From positions 3,850,109 through 3,914,108 of the forward strand of contig OZ220710.1 of NCBI GenBank assembly GCA_965116635.1: a stretch of 64,000 nt of DNA, read 5' to 3'. Numbering within the stretch: position 1 is the stretch's first letter; each line of letters opens with the position of its first letter. The position numbers were made by a program, and so were the translations under genes. Source of the stretch: Thermodesulfobacteriota bacterium. GTDB taxonomy: Bacteria; Desulfobacterota; Binatia; UBA9968; JAJDTQ01. A model generated the notes under the pieces. It ran no database searches. It was not told where the DNA came from and was given only the letters and a program-made list of their open reading frames with translations. Shown in pieces: positions 18,975-30,657 of this stretch.

Positions 18975-19433
18975 ATGGGTCTGATCGTGTCCGAGGTCTA
19001 CGATGCGCTGATCGAAGCCGGGGCTTCCCCGGACAGAGCAAAGGCTGCCGCCGGCGCCGTACCTCCAGCCGAGAACGTGGCCACCAAGGAAGACATCGCC
19101 AGGTTAGAGAGCAACATGGCTACGAAAGAGGATTTTGCCAGACTCGAGATGGCCACCAAGGCAGACTTCGCCAGACTCGAGATGGCCACCAAGGCAGACT
19201 TCGCCAGACTCGAGATGGCCACCAAGGAAGCCTTCGCCGAACACCAACAGTCCACCAGGGAAGACCTCGCCAAACATGCGAGTTCCGCCAGGGAAGATTT
19301 CGCAAGACTTGAGACGTACACCAGGGAAGGCTTCGCAAGAATCGACAAGAAACTGGCCGTTCTCAGTTTCGCGGTCTACACCATCGGCCCCGCCTTGGTG
19401 GCCTTCATGGTCAAGCTGACCTTCTTCCCGTAG
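18975..19433 (+). CDS. DUF1640/CCDC90-like coiled-coil protein with 11-aa repeats and C-terminal TM
   Basis: EVYDALIEAGAS..; (MATKADFARLE)n from 33-bp repeats. Confidence 0.7.
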   Translation: MGLIVSEVYDALIEAGASPDRAKAAAGAVPPAENVATKEDIARLESNMATKEDFARLEMATKADFARLEMATKADFARLEMATKEAFAEHQQSTREDLAKHASSAREDFARLETYTREGFARIDKKLAVLSFAVYTIGPALVAFMVKLTFFP

Positions 19434-19459
19434 GTCGGATCAGCGAAGCGTAATCCGAC
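19430..19459 (+). repeat. GTAG-tagged REP-like palindrome
   Basis: GTAG-GTCGGAT-CAGCGAAGCGTA-ATCCGAC between convergent genes; single copy in window. Confidence 0.55.
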
Positions 19460-19469
19460 AAGCCTGCCG

Positions 19470-19874
19470 CTACTTTCGCTGCGTCATGATGGCGAGGCGC
19501 GTAAGCCCGGCCGACCGGGCGGCATCCATCACCGCCACCACCACGCCGTGGGGCACCCGGCGGTCCGCCCGGATCAACACCTGAGCGTCGCCGCGTTCTC
19601 CGGCCATCGCCCCCAGCCGTTCGCGGAGCGCCGGCAGCGTCACCGGCGCGCCATCGAGATGAATCTCGCCCGCCGGCGTGACGACCACGCGGATGTCATC
19701 GTCCTGGCGCGCCACCTGCGGGCCGGAGGCGCCGGGCAGGTCCACGGTGATCCCGGGGTTCACCAGGAAATTCATCGACAGGGCAAAGAAGATCAGCAGG
19801 TTGAAGATCGTGTCCACGAACGGCGTCATGTCGAGGAAGCCGCCCGCGGGTCTTCTGCGGGGCCGGAAGTTCAT
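19470..19874 (-). CDS. exbD: ExbD/TolR family protein
   Basis: DMTPFVDTIFNLLIFF, VDLP, IRADRRVPHGVVVAVMD. Confidence 0.9.
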   Translation of the reverse strand: MNFRPRRRPAGGFLDMTPFVDTIFNLLIFFALSMNFLVNPGITVDLPGASGPQVARQDDDIRVVVTPAGEIHLDGAPVTLPALRERLGAMAGERGDAQVLIRADRRVPHGVVVAVMDAARSAGLTRLAIMTQRK

Positions 19875-19875
19875 T

Positions 19876-20490
19876 TCAGTCGGTCAGCCCGTCGGGGTTG
19901 AGCAGGTCCATGAAGCGGGTGCAGAGCCGTTCCATCTCCAGGGTGAGGGCGTTGGCCTTGTTGAGCAGGTAGCGGTGCATGACGATGGTGGGAATGGCCA
20001 CGCTCAAACCCGCCAGGGTGGTGACCAGCGCCTCGGAAATGCCGCCGGCGAGGGATGCCGGGTTGACCGCGCTCTGGGTGGAGATGACCGAGAAGATCTC
20101 GATCATGCCCGAGATGGTGCCGAGCAGGCCGAGCAACGTGCTGACCCCGGCGATGGTTCCCAGGGTGTCCACGAACCGCTCCAGCCCGGCGGCCTCCTGG
20201 CGGCCGGCCTCCTCCAGGTGGTCCTTCACGACGTCGCGCCGCTGCCCCGAGGCGCGGAGCCCCGCCGCCAGCACCCTGGCGATGGCCGCGCGGCTCTGGC
20301 GCAGCACCTCCATGGCCGCCGCCAGGTCCTTCGCGGCGACCAGCGCCTCGGCCCGCCGCACCAGCTCCGCCGGCACCACCTGGCGCCGTCTCAGGCTGAA
20401 CAGCCGCTCGACGAAGATCGCCACCGCCGTGATCGAGCACAGCAGGATCGGAACCATGAAGAAGCCGCCCTGGCCGAGAAATTCCAGCAT
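19876..20490 (-). CDS. exbB: MotA/TolQ/ExbB proton channel protein
   Basis: LGTIA..LLGLLGTISGMI..LAGGISEALVTTLAGLSVAIP. Confidence 0.9.
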   Translation of the reverse strand: MLEFLGQGGFFMVPILLCSITAVAIFVERLFSLRRRQVVPAELVRRAEALVAAKDLAAAMEVLRQSRAAIARVLAAGLRASGQRRDVVKDHLEEAGRQEAAGLERFVDTLGTIAGVSTLLGLLGTISGMIEIFSVISTQSAVNPASLAGGISEALVTTLAGLSVAIPTIVMHRYLLNKANALTLEMERLCTRFMDLLNPDGLTD

Positions 20491-20634
20491 GAGGGGCCAA
20501 TATCAGGTATTCTTGACTTCGGGTAAACCCTGAACAGGCGAATTCAGCGGCCAAAACCCCATTGATACGCTCCGGCGGAAGGGGCCCCGTTGCTTTGCGC
20601 GCCCTTGTATGGCGTAAAGGAATCAGGGACCCTT

Positions 20635-21363
20635 ATGAGCGACGTCAACCTGTTCATCGCCTTCGCGGCCGGAGGCCTCTCGTTTCTCAGCCCGTGCGTG
20701 CTGCCGTTGGTCCCGTCCTACCTGTCGTTCGTTTCCGGCATCTCGCCCCGCGAAATCCGTGAAGGCCGCCCGGGCAACGCCCGGGTCATGGGCAACGCCC
20801 TGGCCTTCGTGTTCGGTTTTTCCGTCGCCTTCGTCGCCCTGGGCGCGTCGGCCAGCCTCCTGGGAAGCCTGCTGCACGGCTATCAGGACGTGGTGCGCGT
20901 GGTCGGTGGCCTGTTCATCCTGGTGGTGGGGGTCTACCTGACGGGGATCTTCAAGGTCGCCACGCTGGAGCAGTACGCCCAGTTCAACCTGCGCAGCAAA
21001 CCCGCCGGCTATCTCGGATCGGTGCTGGTGGGGCTCACCTTCGCGGTGGCGTGGATCCCCTGCGTGGGGCCGATCCTGGGCGCCATCCTGACCCTGGCCG
21101 GCACCACCAGCGAAGTTTACCGGGGCGTCCTGCTGCTGTCGGCCTACGCCGCCGGCCTGGGCCTGCCGCTGCTCCTCAGCGCCCTCGCCATGAACCAGTT
21201 CTTCCGGCTCTCCCGCGCCATCGGCTCCTGGCTGACCGCCATCCACGTCTGCGCCGGCCTCCTGCTCATCGCCGTCGGCCTCCTCCTGATCACCGACAAC
21301 ATGACCGCCCTCAACGCCTACGCCCTCCGCTTCACCCCCAACTGGCTGGTCACGCGGTTGTAG
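20635..21363 (+). CDS. ccdA: Cytochrome c biogenesis protein CcdA
   Basis: SFLSPCVLPLVP and WIPCVGPILG. Confidence 0.9.
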   Translation: MSDVNLFIAFAAGGLSFLSPCVLPLVPSYLSFVSGISPREIREGRPGNARVMGNALAFVFGFSVAFVALGASASLLGSLLHGYQDVVRVVGGLFILVVGVYLTGIFKVATLEQYAQFNLRSKPAGYLGSVLVGLTFAVAWIPCVGPILGAILTLAGTTSEVYRGVLLLSAYAAGLGLPLLLSALAMNQFFRLSRAIGSWLTAIHVCAGLLLIAVGLLLITDNMTALNAYALRFTPNWLVTRL

Positions 21364-21918
21364 CGCGGCCGTATGTTGGCGCCCTTCGACTTCGCGCCGC
21401 TGACGCGGCGCTACTCTCAGGACGAACGGGTGGAAGGGTATCTTCGTCCTGCCGAGTCGGGGGCCTTCGAGTTCGCCCGTCCTGAGCTTTGTCGGAGCGC
21501 TCAGAGTGACCGGAAATGGCCCCCCACCCGTTCGTCCTGAGCGTAGCGCCGCGCCAGCGGTGCGAAGTCGAAGGGCGCCATCCACGTCTGCGCCGGCCTC
21601 CTGCTCATCGCCGCCGGCCTCCTCCTGATCACCGACAACATGACCGCCCTCAACGCCTACGCCCTCCGCTTCACCCCCAACTGGCTGGTGACGCGGTTGT
21701 AGCGCGGCCGTATGTTGGCGCCCTTCGACTTCGCGCCGCTGGCGCGGCGCTACGCTCAGGACGAACGGGTGGAAGGGGTATCTTCGTCCTGTCGAGTCGG
21801 GGCCTTCGAGTTCGCATGTCCTGAGCTTTGTCGGAGCGCTCAGGGTGAACGGAAATGCCCCTCCAACCGTTCGTCCTGAGCGTAGCGCCGCGTCAGCGGC
21901 GCGAAGTCGAAGGGCGCC
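21237..21918. repeat. Tandem duplication of about 340 bp (ccdA 3' end plus REP pair)
   Basis: ATCCACGTCTGCGCC at 21241 and 21580; REPs at 21379/21528 and 21718/21867. Confidence 0.95.
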
Positions 21919-22109
21919 AACTCCCCACTTCTCACCGGCAGGGCAGGCGTCGCCGCCCCGACCGTTCGTCCTGAGCGTAGCGCCGCGCCAGCGGCGCGAA
22001 GTCGAAGGGCGCCAACTCCCCGCTTCCCACCGGCAGGGCAGGCGTCGCCGCCCCCCAACCGTTCGTCCTGAGCGTAGCGCCGCGTTAGCGGCGCGAAGTC
22101 GAAGGGCGC
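21867..22109. repeat. Three direct REP copies with near-identical spacers (period 95-97 bp)
   Basis: Units at 21867, 21962, 22059; spacer CAACTCCCC..CCGGCAGGGCAGGCGTCGCCGCCCC. Confidence 0.95.
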
Positions 22110-22114
22110 CAAAC

Positions 22115-23515
<1,401 letters not shown>

Positions 23516-23537
23516 TCACCCATGATAGTAGCCTCCC

Positions 23538-23885
23538 ATGACCCTGCCGAAGAAATTGTCGCAGCACGTCATCAACTACGGGCTCATGGCCGCGTTGGCG
23601 CTGATGCTGTCCTTCCTGGTGTTTGGCGAGTGGGGTCTGGTGCACTACCAGCGGTTGGCTGAAGAGCGAAGGTCGCTGGAGGAGCGGTCCCAGGCGCTGC
23701 AACGGGAGAACGAGCTGCTGCGGGAGAAGATCTACCGGATCAGCAAGGACGACCGCTATCTGGAGAAGATCGCGCGGGAAGATCTAGGCCTGGCGAAGGA
23801 AGGCGAGATCATCTTCCTGTTCCCCTCCGGGGTCGACAAAGGGGCTCGAACCACGACCGCCGGGCGCTCGACCGCCCAAGATTGA
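23538..23885 (+). CDS. ftsB: Septum formation initiator FtsB/DivIC
   Basis: TM plus coiled coil plus LEKIAREDLGLAKEGE. Confidence 0.85.
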   Translation: MTLPKKLSQHVINYGLMAALALMLSFLVFGEWGLVHYQRLAEERRSLEERSQALQRENELLREKIYRISKDDRYLEKIAREDLGLAKEGEIIFLFPSGVDKGARTTTAGRSTAQD

Positions 23886-23921
23886 CATCATTTCCGCGAT
23901 CCAATAAGAGGGTAGTCAAGA

Positions 23922-23996
<75 letters not shown>

Positions 23997-24035
23997 AACT
24001 CCACCGCTCCTCCACCCCTTGATCCCAGCGCCAGA

Positions 24036-25097
24036 CTACGCCTTGCCCGCCAGCCGGTCGCCGGCCAGCGCGTGGACCATGCGGCCCACCGAGATGGCGC
24101 CGACGGTCTTGCCCTTGACGTCCACCACCGAGGCATTGTCGTTGGGCGATGCCACCACCCGGGGGAGCGCCTCCTCCAGCAGCATGGTCGAGGGAATGCG
24201 GCAGCCCAGGGCGCCCTGCGGCTGCACCCGGGCCGGCGTGGGCTCCATGATGGAGCCCACGCGGATCACCCGCCCGCGGTTGATGTTCTTGGTGAAGTTG
24301 GAGATGTAGTCATCGTTGGGCTGGAGCACGATCTCCTGGGAGTCGCCGTTCTGCACCACCTCGCCGTCGCGCAGGATGGCGATGCGGTCGCCCAGGGTGA
24401 TGGCCTCCTCGAGATCGTGGGTGACGAACAGGATGGTCCGGTTCAACTCGCGCTGCAACTCCAGCAGCAACGTCTGCATGTCGGCCCGGATCAGCGGATC
24501 CAACGCGCTGAAGGCCTCGTCCATCAACAGGATCTGGGCGTCGGTGGCCAGCGCCCGGGCCAAGCCCACGCGCTGCTGCATGCCGCCCGAGAGCTGGTGC
24601 GGATAGGACGCCTCGTAGCCCGTCAGCCCCACCCGTTCGATCCATCCCTCGGCCCGCTCATCGCATTCCCCGCGCGCGACGCCCTGCATCTGCAGGCCGT
24701 ACCGGACGTTCTCCAGGATGGTGCGGTGGGGGAACAGCGCGAAGCGCTGGAACACCATGCTGACCTTGTGCCGCCGCAGATTCTGCAACGCCCCGTGGTC
24801 CAGCCCCAGCACGTCCTGCCCGTCCACCAGCACCGTCCCCGCGGTGGGATCGATGAGCCGGTTGACGTGCCGGACCAGGGTCGACTTGCCGCAGCCGCTG
24901 AGCCCCATGACCACCTGGATGCTGCCCGGCGCCACCGTCAGGTTGATGTCGCGGAGCCCCAGCACGTGGCCGTGGGTTTCCAGCAACTCCTGCTTGTCCA
25001 CCCCGTCCCGCACGTGGGCCATCGCCACGTCGGGCTGATCGCCGAAGACCTTGTACAGGGAGCGGATTTCGATATTCGAAGAGCTTGCCGTCGTCAT
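24036..25097 (-). CDS. proV: Glycine betaine/proline ABC transporter ATP-binding protein
   Basis: VMGLSGCGKSTLVR, LSGGMQQRVGLARALA, LMDEAFSALDPLIR. Confidence 0.9.
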   Translation of the reverse strand: MTTASSSNIEIRSLYKVFGDQPDVAMAHVRDGVDKQELLETHGHVLGLRDINLTVAPGSIQVVMGLSGCGKSTLVRHVNRLIDPTAGTVLVDGQDVLGLDHGALQNLRRHKVSMVFQRFALFPHRTILENVRYGLQMQGVARGECDERAEGWIERVGLTGYEASYPHQLSGGMQQRVGLARALATDAQILLMDEAFSALDPLIRADMQTLLLELQRELNRTILFVTHDLEEAITLGDRIAILRDGEVVQNGDSQEIVLQPNDDYISNFTKNINRGRVIRVGSIMEPTPARVQPQGALGCRIPSTMLLEEALPRVVASPNDNASVVDVKGKTVGAISVGRMVHALAGDRLAGKA

Positions 25098-25975
25098 GAG
25101 GTTTGCCTGCTACTTTGTATGCGCCTGCCGTAGCTCTGGGTGATCCGGTCGAACACGATCGCCAGCGCCACCACCGCGGCCCCGTTGAACAGGCCGAGGG
25201 CGAAGTACTGGTTGGTCACCGCCTGCAGCACGGGCTGACCCAGTCCCTTGACGCCGATCATCGAAGCGATCACGACCATGGAGAGCGCCATCATGATAGT
25301 CTGGTTGACGCCCGCCATGATGTTGGGGAGCGCCAGCGGTATCTGGATGTCGAACAACCGCCGCCAGGTGTCCGTGCCGAAGGCGTCGGCGGCCTCCAGC
25401 ACCTCCTTGTCCACCAGCCGGATCCCCAGGTTGGTGAGCCGGATGACCGGCGGCACGGCGTAGATCACCACGGCGATGAGGCCCGGGATCTTGCCCAGGC
25501 CGAACAGCATCACCACCGGGATCAGGTAGACGAAAATGGGCATGGTCTGCATGATGTCGAGCACCGGCGTGATCACCGCCTGCACCCGATCGGAGCGGGA
25601 CATCCAGATGCCCACCGGAATGCCGATGGCGATGGCGATGATCGTGGAGACGAAGATGATCGCCAGGGTCCGCATGGTGTCTTCCCACATGCCCAGGTAG
25701 CCGATGAGGAAGAGCGCCACCGCCACGAAGCCGGACAGCCGCCGGCTGCGGCCGGCCACGTAACACACGAACGCCACCACGACGATCACCAGCCACCAGG
25801 GGGTGGCCAGCAAGAGCCGCTCGAACCACACCAGGAAGTAGAGCAGGGGATCGAAGAACCCTTCGATGGCGTCGCCGTAACTCCTGGAGAACGACCGGTA
25901 TCCCGAGTCGAACGCCTTCTTGAGCGCGCGCAACGACGTTTGGTCGAGGGTCGGGAATTCCTGCAGCCACGTCAT
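25094..25975 (-). CDS. proW: Glycine betaine/proline ABC transporter permease
   Basis: LDIMQTMPIFVYLIP, IMAGVNQTIMMALSMVVIASMIG. Confidence 0.9.
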   Translation of the reverse strand: MTWLQEFPTLDQTSLRALKKAFDSGYRSFSRSYGDAIEGFFDPLLYFLVWFERLLLATPWWLVIVVVAFVCYVAGRSRRLSGFVAVALFLIGYLGMWEDTMRTLAIIFVSTIIAIAIGIPVGIWMSRSDRVQAVITPVLDIMQTMPIFVYLIPVVMLFGLGKIPGLIAVVIYAVPPVIRLTNLGIRLVDKEVLEAADAFGTDTWRRLFDIQIPLALPNIMAGVNQTIMMALSMVVIASMIGVKGLGQPVLQAVTNQYFALGLFNGAAVVALAIVFDRITQSYGRRIQSSRQTS

Positions 25976-26017
25976 GAGTACCTCCCTCCTGCCCTTGAGA
26001 TGGCGTCCTTCGAGATG

Positions 26018-26225
26018 GCGCCCTTCGACTTCGCGCCGCTGACGCGGCGCTACGCTCAGGACGAACGGTGCTGGACCTTTTCCCAGTCACTCTCCGGTCA
26101 CAATCCCGGTCCTGTCCCGGTCACAATGCTCGCCCCGTCCCAGTCATAATACTCGCCCGTCCCGGTCACAATGCCGTTCCTGTTTCCGTTCGTCCTGAGC
26201 GTACCGTAGCGAAGTCGAAGGGCGC
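26018..26225. repeat. REP-like inverted pair (long fwd, short rev) with a degenerate tandem spacer of about 23 bp
   Basis: GTCCC(G/A)GTCA(C/T)AAT recurs in the spacer. Confidence 0.9.
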
Positions 26226-26232
26226 CCTCTCC

Positions 26233-29043
26233 CTACGCGTGCGCATCCGCCCAGTTCTCCCCGGTGTGGACGTCCACCACCAGGCCGCAGCGCAGCTCGG
26301 CGGCGCCTTCCATGCATTCGGTGACCAGGCTCGTGGCCCGCTCCAGCGAGGCGCGGGGCACCTCGAACACCAGTTCGTCATGGACCGTCAGCAGCATGCG
26401 CGCCACCGGCTCCTCCAGGAGCGCCCGGTCCACCGCGATCATCGCCCGCTTCATGATGTCGGCCGCGGTGCCCTGGATCGGCGCGTTGAGGGCCATGCGC
26501 TCTCCCACCGCCCGCAAACGGTAGTTGGCGGCCTGAAGCTCCGGCAGATAGCGCCGCCGGCCGAACATCGTGGTGGTGAAGCCGTCGATCTTGGCCTTCT
26601 CCACCTGCGCGTCCAGGAACGCCTTGACCGCCGGGAACTGGGCGTAATAGGCGTCGATGAACTCCCGCGCCTCGCCCACCTCGATGCCCAGCCGCTGCGA
26701 CACCCCGAACGCCGACATGCCGTAGGCGATGCCGTAGGAGAACTGCTTGACCCGGCTGCGCATCTCCGTGGTGACGTCCGGCAAGTCCACCTCGAACACC
26801 TTGGCCGCGGTGGCGGCGTGGAAATCGTGGCCCTGGGCGAACGCCGCCAAAAAGCTCTCATCCTCGGACAGGTGCGCCAGCACCCGCAGCTCGATCTGCG
26901 AATAGTCGGCGGAGAGCAGCACGTTGTCCGCCGGCGCCACGAAGGCGCGGCGGATCTGCCGTCCGAGATCGGCGCGAATCGGGATGTTCTGGAGGTTCGG
27001 CGCCGAGGACGACAGCCGTCCGGTGGCGGCCGCTGCCTGCTCGTAGGTCGTGTGGATGCGCCCCGTCCGCTCGTTCACGAGACTCAGCAGGGAGTCGGTG
27101 AAACCGGTCCTGAGCTTGGCCACCTCGCGGTACTCCAGCAGCGCGTCGATGATCGGATGGCTGCCCGCCAGCTTGCCCAGCTCGGCGGCGTCGGTGGAAT
27201 ACCCCGTCTTGATCTTCTTGGTCTTGGGAAGGCCGAGCTTGTCGAACAGGATGTGCGCCAACTGCGGCTGGGAGTTCACGTTGAAAGTCTCGCCGGCGTG
27301 CTCCTGCACCTTGGCCTGGAGCGAGGTCATGCGTTCGCCCAACTCCCGGTTGAGCCCGCCGAGATAGGCATCGTCCACCAGGATGCCGGCGTGCTCCATG
27401 CGCGCCAGCACCTCGGTCAGGGGGAACTCCAGTGTCTGCGCCAGCTCCCAGCTCCCGGCTTCCTTGAGGCGCGCCTCCAGCACCGGCGCCAGCGCCTGCA
27501 CCGCCACCGCCTCCCCCGCCAGCCCGCGCCGCCGCGCCGCCCGCTCGGGGTCCTCGTCGCCGGGGTTCAGCAGGTCCCCCTGGACGCCGCCGGTGGCGTC
27601 GGCCGCCGCTCCCTGCGCCTCTACCCGGCTCTCCGTTCTCCCTCCTATCTCCGTTCTCCCTTCAATCTCCGTTCGTCCTGAGCGTAGCGACGCGAAGCGG
27701 CGCGAAGTCGAAGGACCCCCCGAAGGACCCTCCCCGTCCAGCTCCGCGTCCAGGTAGCGGCGTACGATGTCCTTGAGCCCGTAGCCGCCACTGGCGCCCG
27801 GGTCCAGCAGATAGGCCGCGATTTTGAGATCGCAGCGCACGCCCCGGAGCCGCGCGCCGTGGCGGAGCAGGGCGCCGCACAACGGCTTGGCCTCGTACAC
27901 CACCTTGGCGGCGTCCTCGGCCGCGAGCACGCCGCCGGGGCCCGCGGCGACGTCGAACGGCAGCACCCCCACCTCGCCGGGCCGCGCGCACAACGCCGCC
28001 ATGCCGTCGTCCCAGGCCACCGCCAGGGACTCGGCATCGGGAATGTCCGCGCCGGAGCTCCACCGGGAGATGGACGACGGCCGGATCACCGCCTCCTCCG
28101 GCGGCTCGGCGTCCGGCGACAGCGCCAGGAGCCGCTGGTACAGCGTCCGGAACTCGAACGAGGTGAACAGCTTGCGCACCGTCTCCGGATCCCACGGCTG
28201 GCGCACGAACAGGCTCTCGCCGGTCTCCAGCGGCACGTCGTCCAGCAGCCGTCCCAGCTTGCGGTTGAGCTTCACCTGGTCGGCGCACTCCTCGATACCC
28301 TTGCGGATCTTGGGGGTGAGCTCGGCGGCGTGCTCGATGATGCCCTCGATGTCGCCGTATTTCTTCAGCAGCGTGGCCGCGGTCTTGTCGCCCACGCCGG
28401 GGACGCCGGGAAGGTTGTCGGCCTGCTCGCCCTTGAGCGCGGCGAAGTCCGTCCAGCGCTCGGGGCCGACGCCGTAGCGCTCCACCACCATGGCGGGATC
28501 GTAGCGGATCATGTCGGTGACGCCCCGCCGGGTCATCAGCACGGTGACGTCGTCGTTGACGAGTTGCAGGCAGTCGCGGTCGCCGCTGACAATGACCATG
28601 TGGTGGCCCGCTTCCCGGCCCCGCCGGGCCAGCGTGGCCAGCAGATCGTCGGCCTCGTAGCCCTCCAGCTCCACCACCGGGATACGCAGCGTCTCCAGCA
28701 ATTCGCGGATGAGAGGAAACTGCTGCCGCAGCGTCTGCGGGGTCTCGCTCCGCCCCGCCTTGTAAGCCGGATACTGGTCCAGCCGAAACTGCGGCTCGCC
28801 CTTGTCCCAGCACGCGATGACCGCGTCCGGCCGTTCCTCGCCCTCCAGCTTGATGAGCATCGAGGTAAAGCCGAACACCGCGTTGGTCACCTGCCCGGAG
28901 CTGGTGCCGAGGGTTTCCGGCAGGGCGAAAAAGGCGCGGAACGCTAGGGAATAGCTGTCCAGCAGAAGGATGCGGTTCTTGGACTTGTCTGTCTTCGAAG
29001 CGCCCGGCGCCGAAGTGCCGGGGCTGTCACCCGTCGCGGCCAT
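26233..29043 (-). CDS. polA: DNA polymerase I with an in-frame REP-derived insertion
   Basis: 5'-3' exonuclease motifs YEADD and DNLPGVPGVG; TGRLSS, DYSQIELR, VHDEL. Confidence 0.97.
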   Translation of the reverse strand: MAATGDSPGTSAPGASKTDKSKNRILLLDSYSLAFRAFFALPETLGTSSGQVTNAVFGFTSMLIKLEGEERPDAVIACWDKGEPQFRLDQYPAYKAGRSETPQTLRQQFPLIRELLETLRIPVVELEGYEADDLLATLARRGREAGHHMVIVSGDRDCLQLVNDDVTVLMTRRGVTDMIRYDPAMVVERYGVGPERWTDFAALKGEQADNLPGVPGVGDKTAATLLKKYGDIEGIIEHAAELTPKIRKGIEECADQVKLNRKLGRLLDDVPLETGESLFVRQPWDPETVRKLFTSFEFRTLYQRLLALSPDAEPPEEAVIRPSSISRWSSGADIPDAESLAVAWDDGMAALCARPGEVGVLPFDVAAGPGGVLAAEDAAKVVYEAKPLCGALLRHGARLRGVRCDLKIAAYLLDPGASGGYGLKDIVRRYLDAELDGEGPSGGPSTSRRFASLRSGRTEIEGRTEIGGRTESRVEAQGAAADATGGVQGDLLNPGDEDPERAARRRGLAGEAVAVQALAPVLEARLKEAGSWELAQTLEFPLTEVLARMEHAGILVDDAYLGGLNRELGERMTSLQAKVQEHAGETFNVNSQPQLAHILFDKLGLPKTKKIKTGYSTDAAELGKLAGSHPIIDALLEYREVAKLRTGFTDSLLSLVNERTGRIHTTYEQAAAATGRLSSSAPNLQNIPIRADLGRQIRRAFVAPADNVLLSADYSQIELRVLAHLSEDESFLAAFAQGHDFHAATAAKVFEVDLPDVTTEMRSRVKQFSYGIAYGMSAFGVSQRLGIEVGEAREFIDAYYAQFPAVKAFLDAQVEKAKIDGFTTTMFGRRRYLPELQAANYRLRAVGERMALNAPIQGTAADIMKRAMIAVDRALLEEPVARMLLTVHDELVFEVPRASLERATSLVTECMEGAAELRCGLVVDVHTGENWADAHA
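27630..27731. repeat. Intragenic REP copy (27669-27716) with 18-bp stutter repeats
   Basis: Encodes GPSGGPSTSRRFASLRSGRTEIEGRTEIGGRTE in PolA. Confidence 0.9.
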
Positions 29044-29115
29044 GCAGTCACTCTACTCCGGTGCGCAAAGGGGGGTCAACACACGTGAAACGGGAGCTGA
29101 GATGGCGTCCTGATG

Positions 29116-30338
<1,223 letters not shown>

Positions 30339-30347
30339 GACGAACGG

Positions 30348-30613
30348 GTTTTATTTGGGTTCTTGACCGGGTTTTGTCCGGGTCCTTGACCGGGTTTTGT
30401 CCGGGTTCTTGACCGGGCCTTGTCCGGGTTCTTGACCGGGGCCTTGTCCGGGTTCTTGACCGGGGCCTTGTCCGGATTCTTGACGGGGCCTTGTCCGGGT
30501 TTCGACCGGGGCTTGTCCGGGTTTCGACCGGGGCTTGTCCGGGTTTCGACCGGGGCTTGTCCCCGTTCGTCCTGAGCGTAGCGCCGCGTCAGCGGCGCGA
30601 AGTCGAAGGGCGC
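30348..30613. repeat. About nine 23-24 bp tandem repeats followed by a reverse REP (30563-30613)
   Basis: TTGTCCGGGTT(CTT/TC)GACCGGGGC units. Confidence 0.92.
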
Positions 30614-30657
30614 CATCCGAAGGACGCCATCTCCACACACCGTTCCGATGGGTGTCT

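Noticed and set aside
21867..22109. CRISPR-like repeat-spacer array
   Set aside because: Spacers are near-identical to each other, the repeat is the dispersed 51-bp REP, and no cas genes are present
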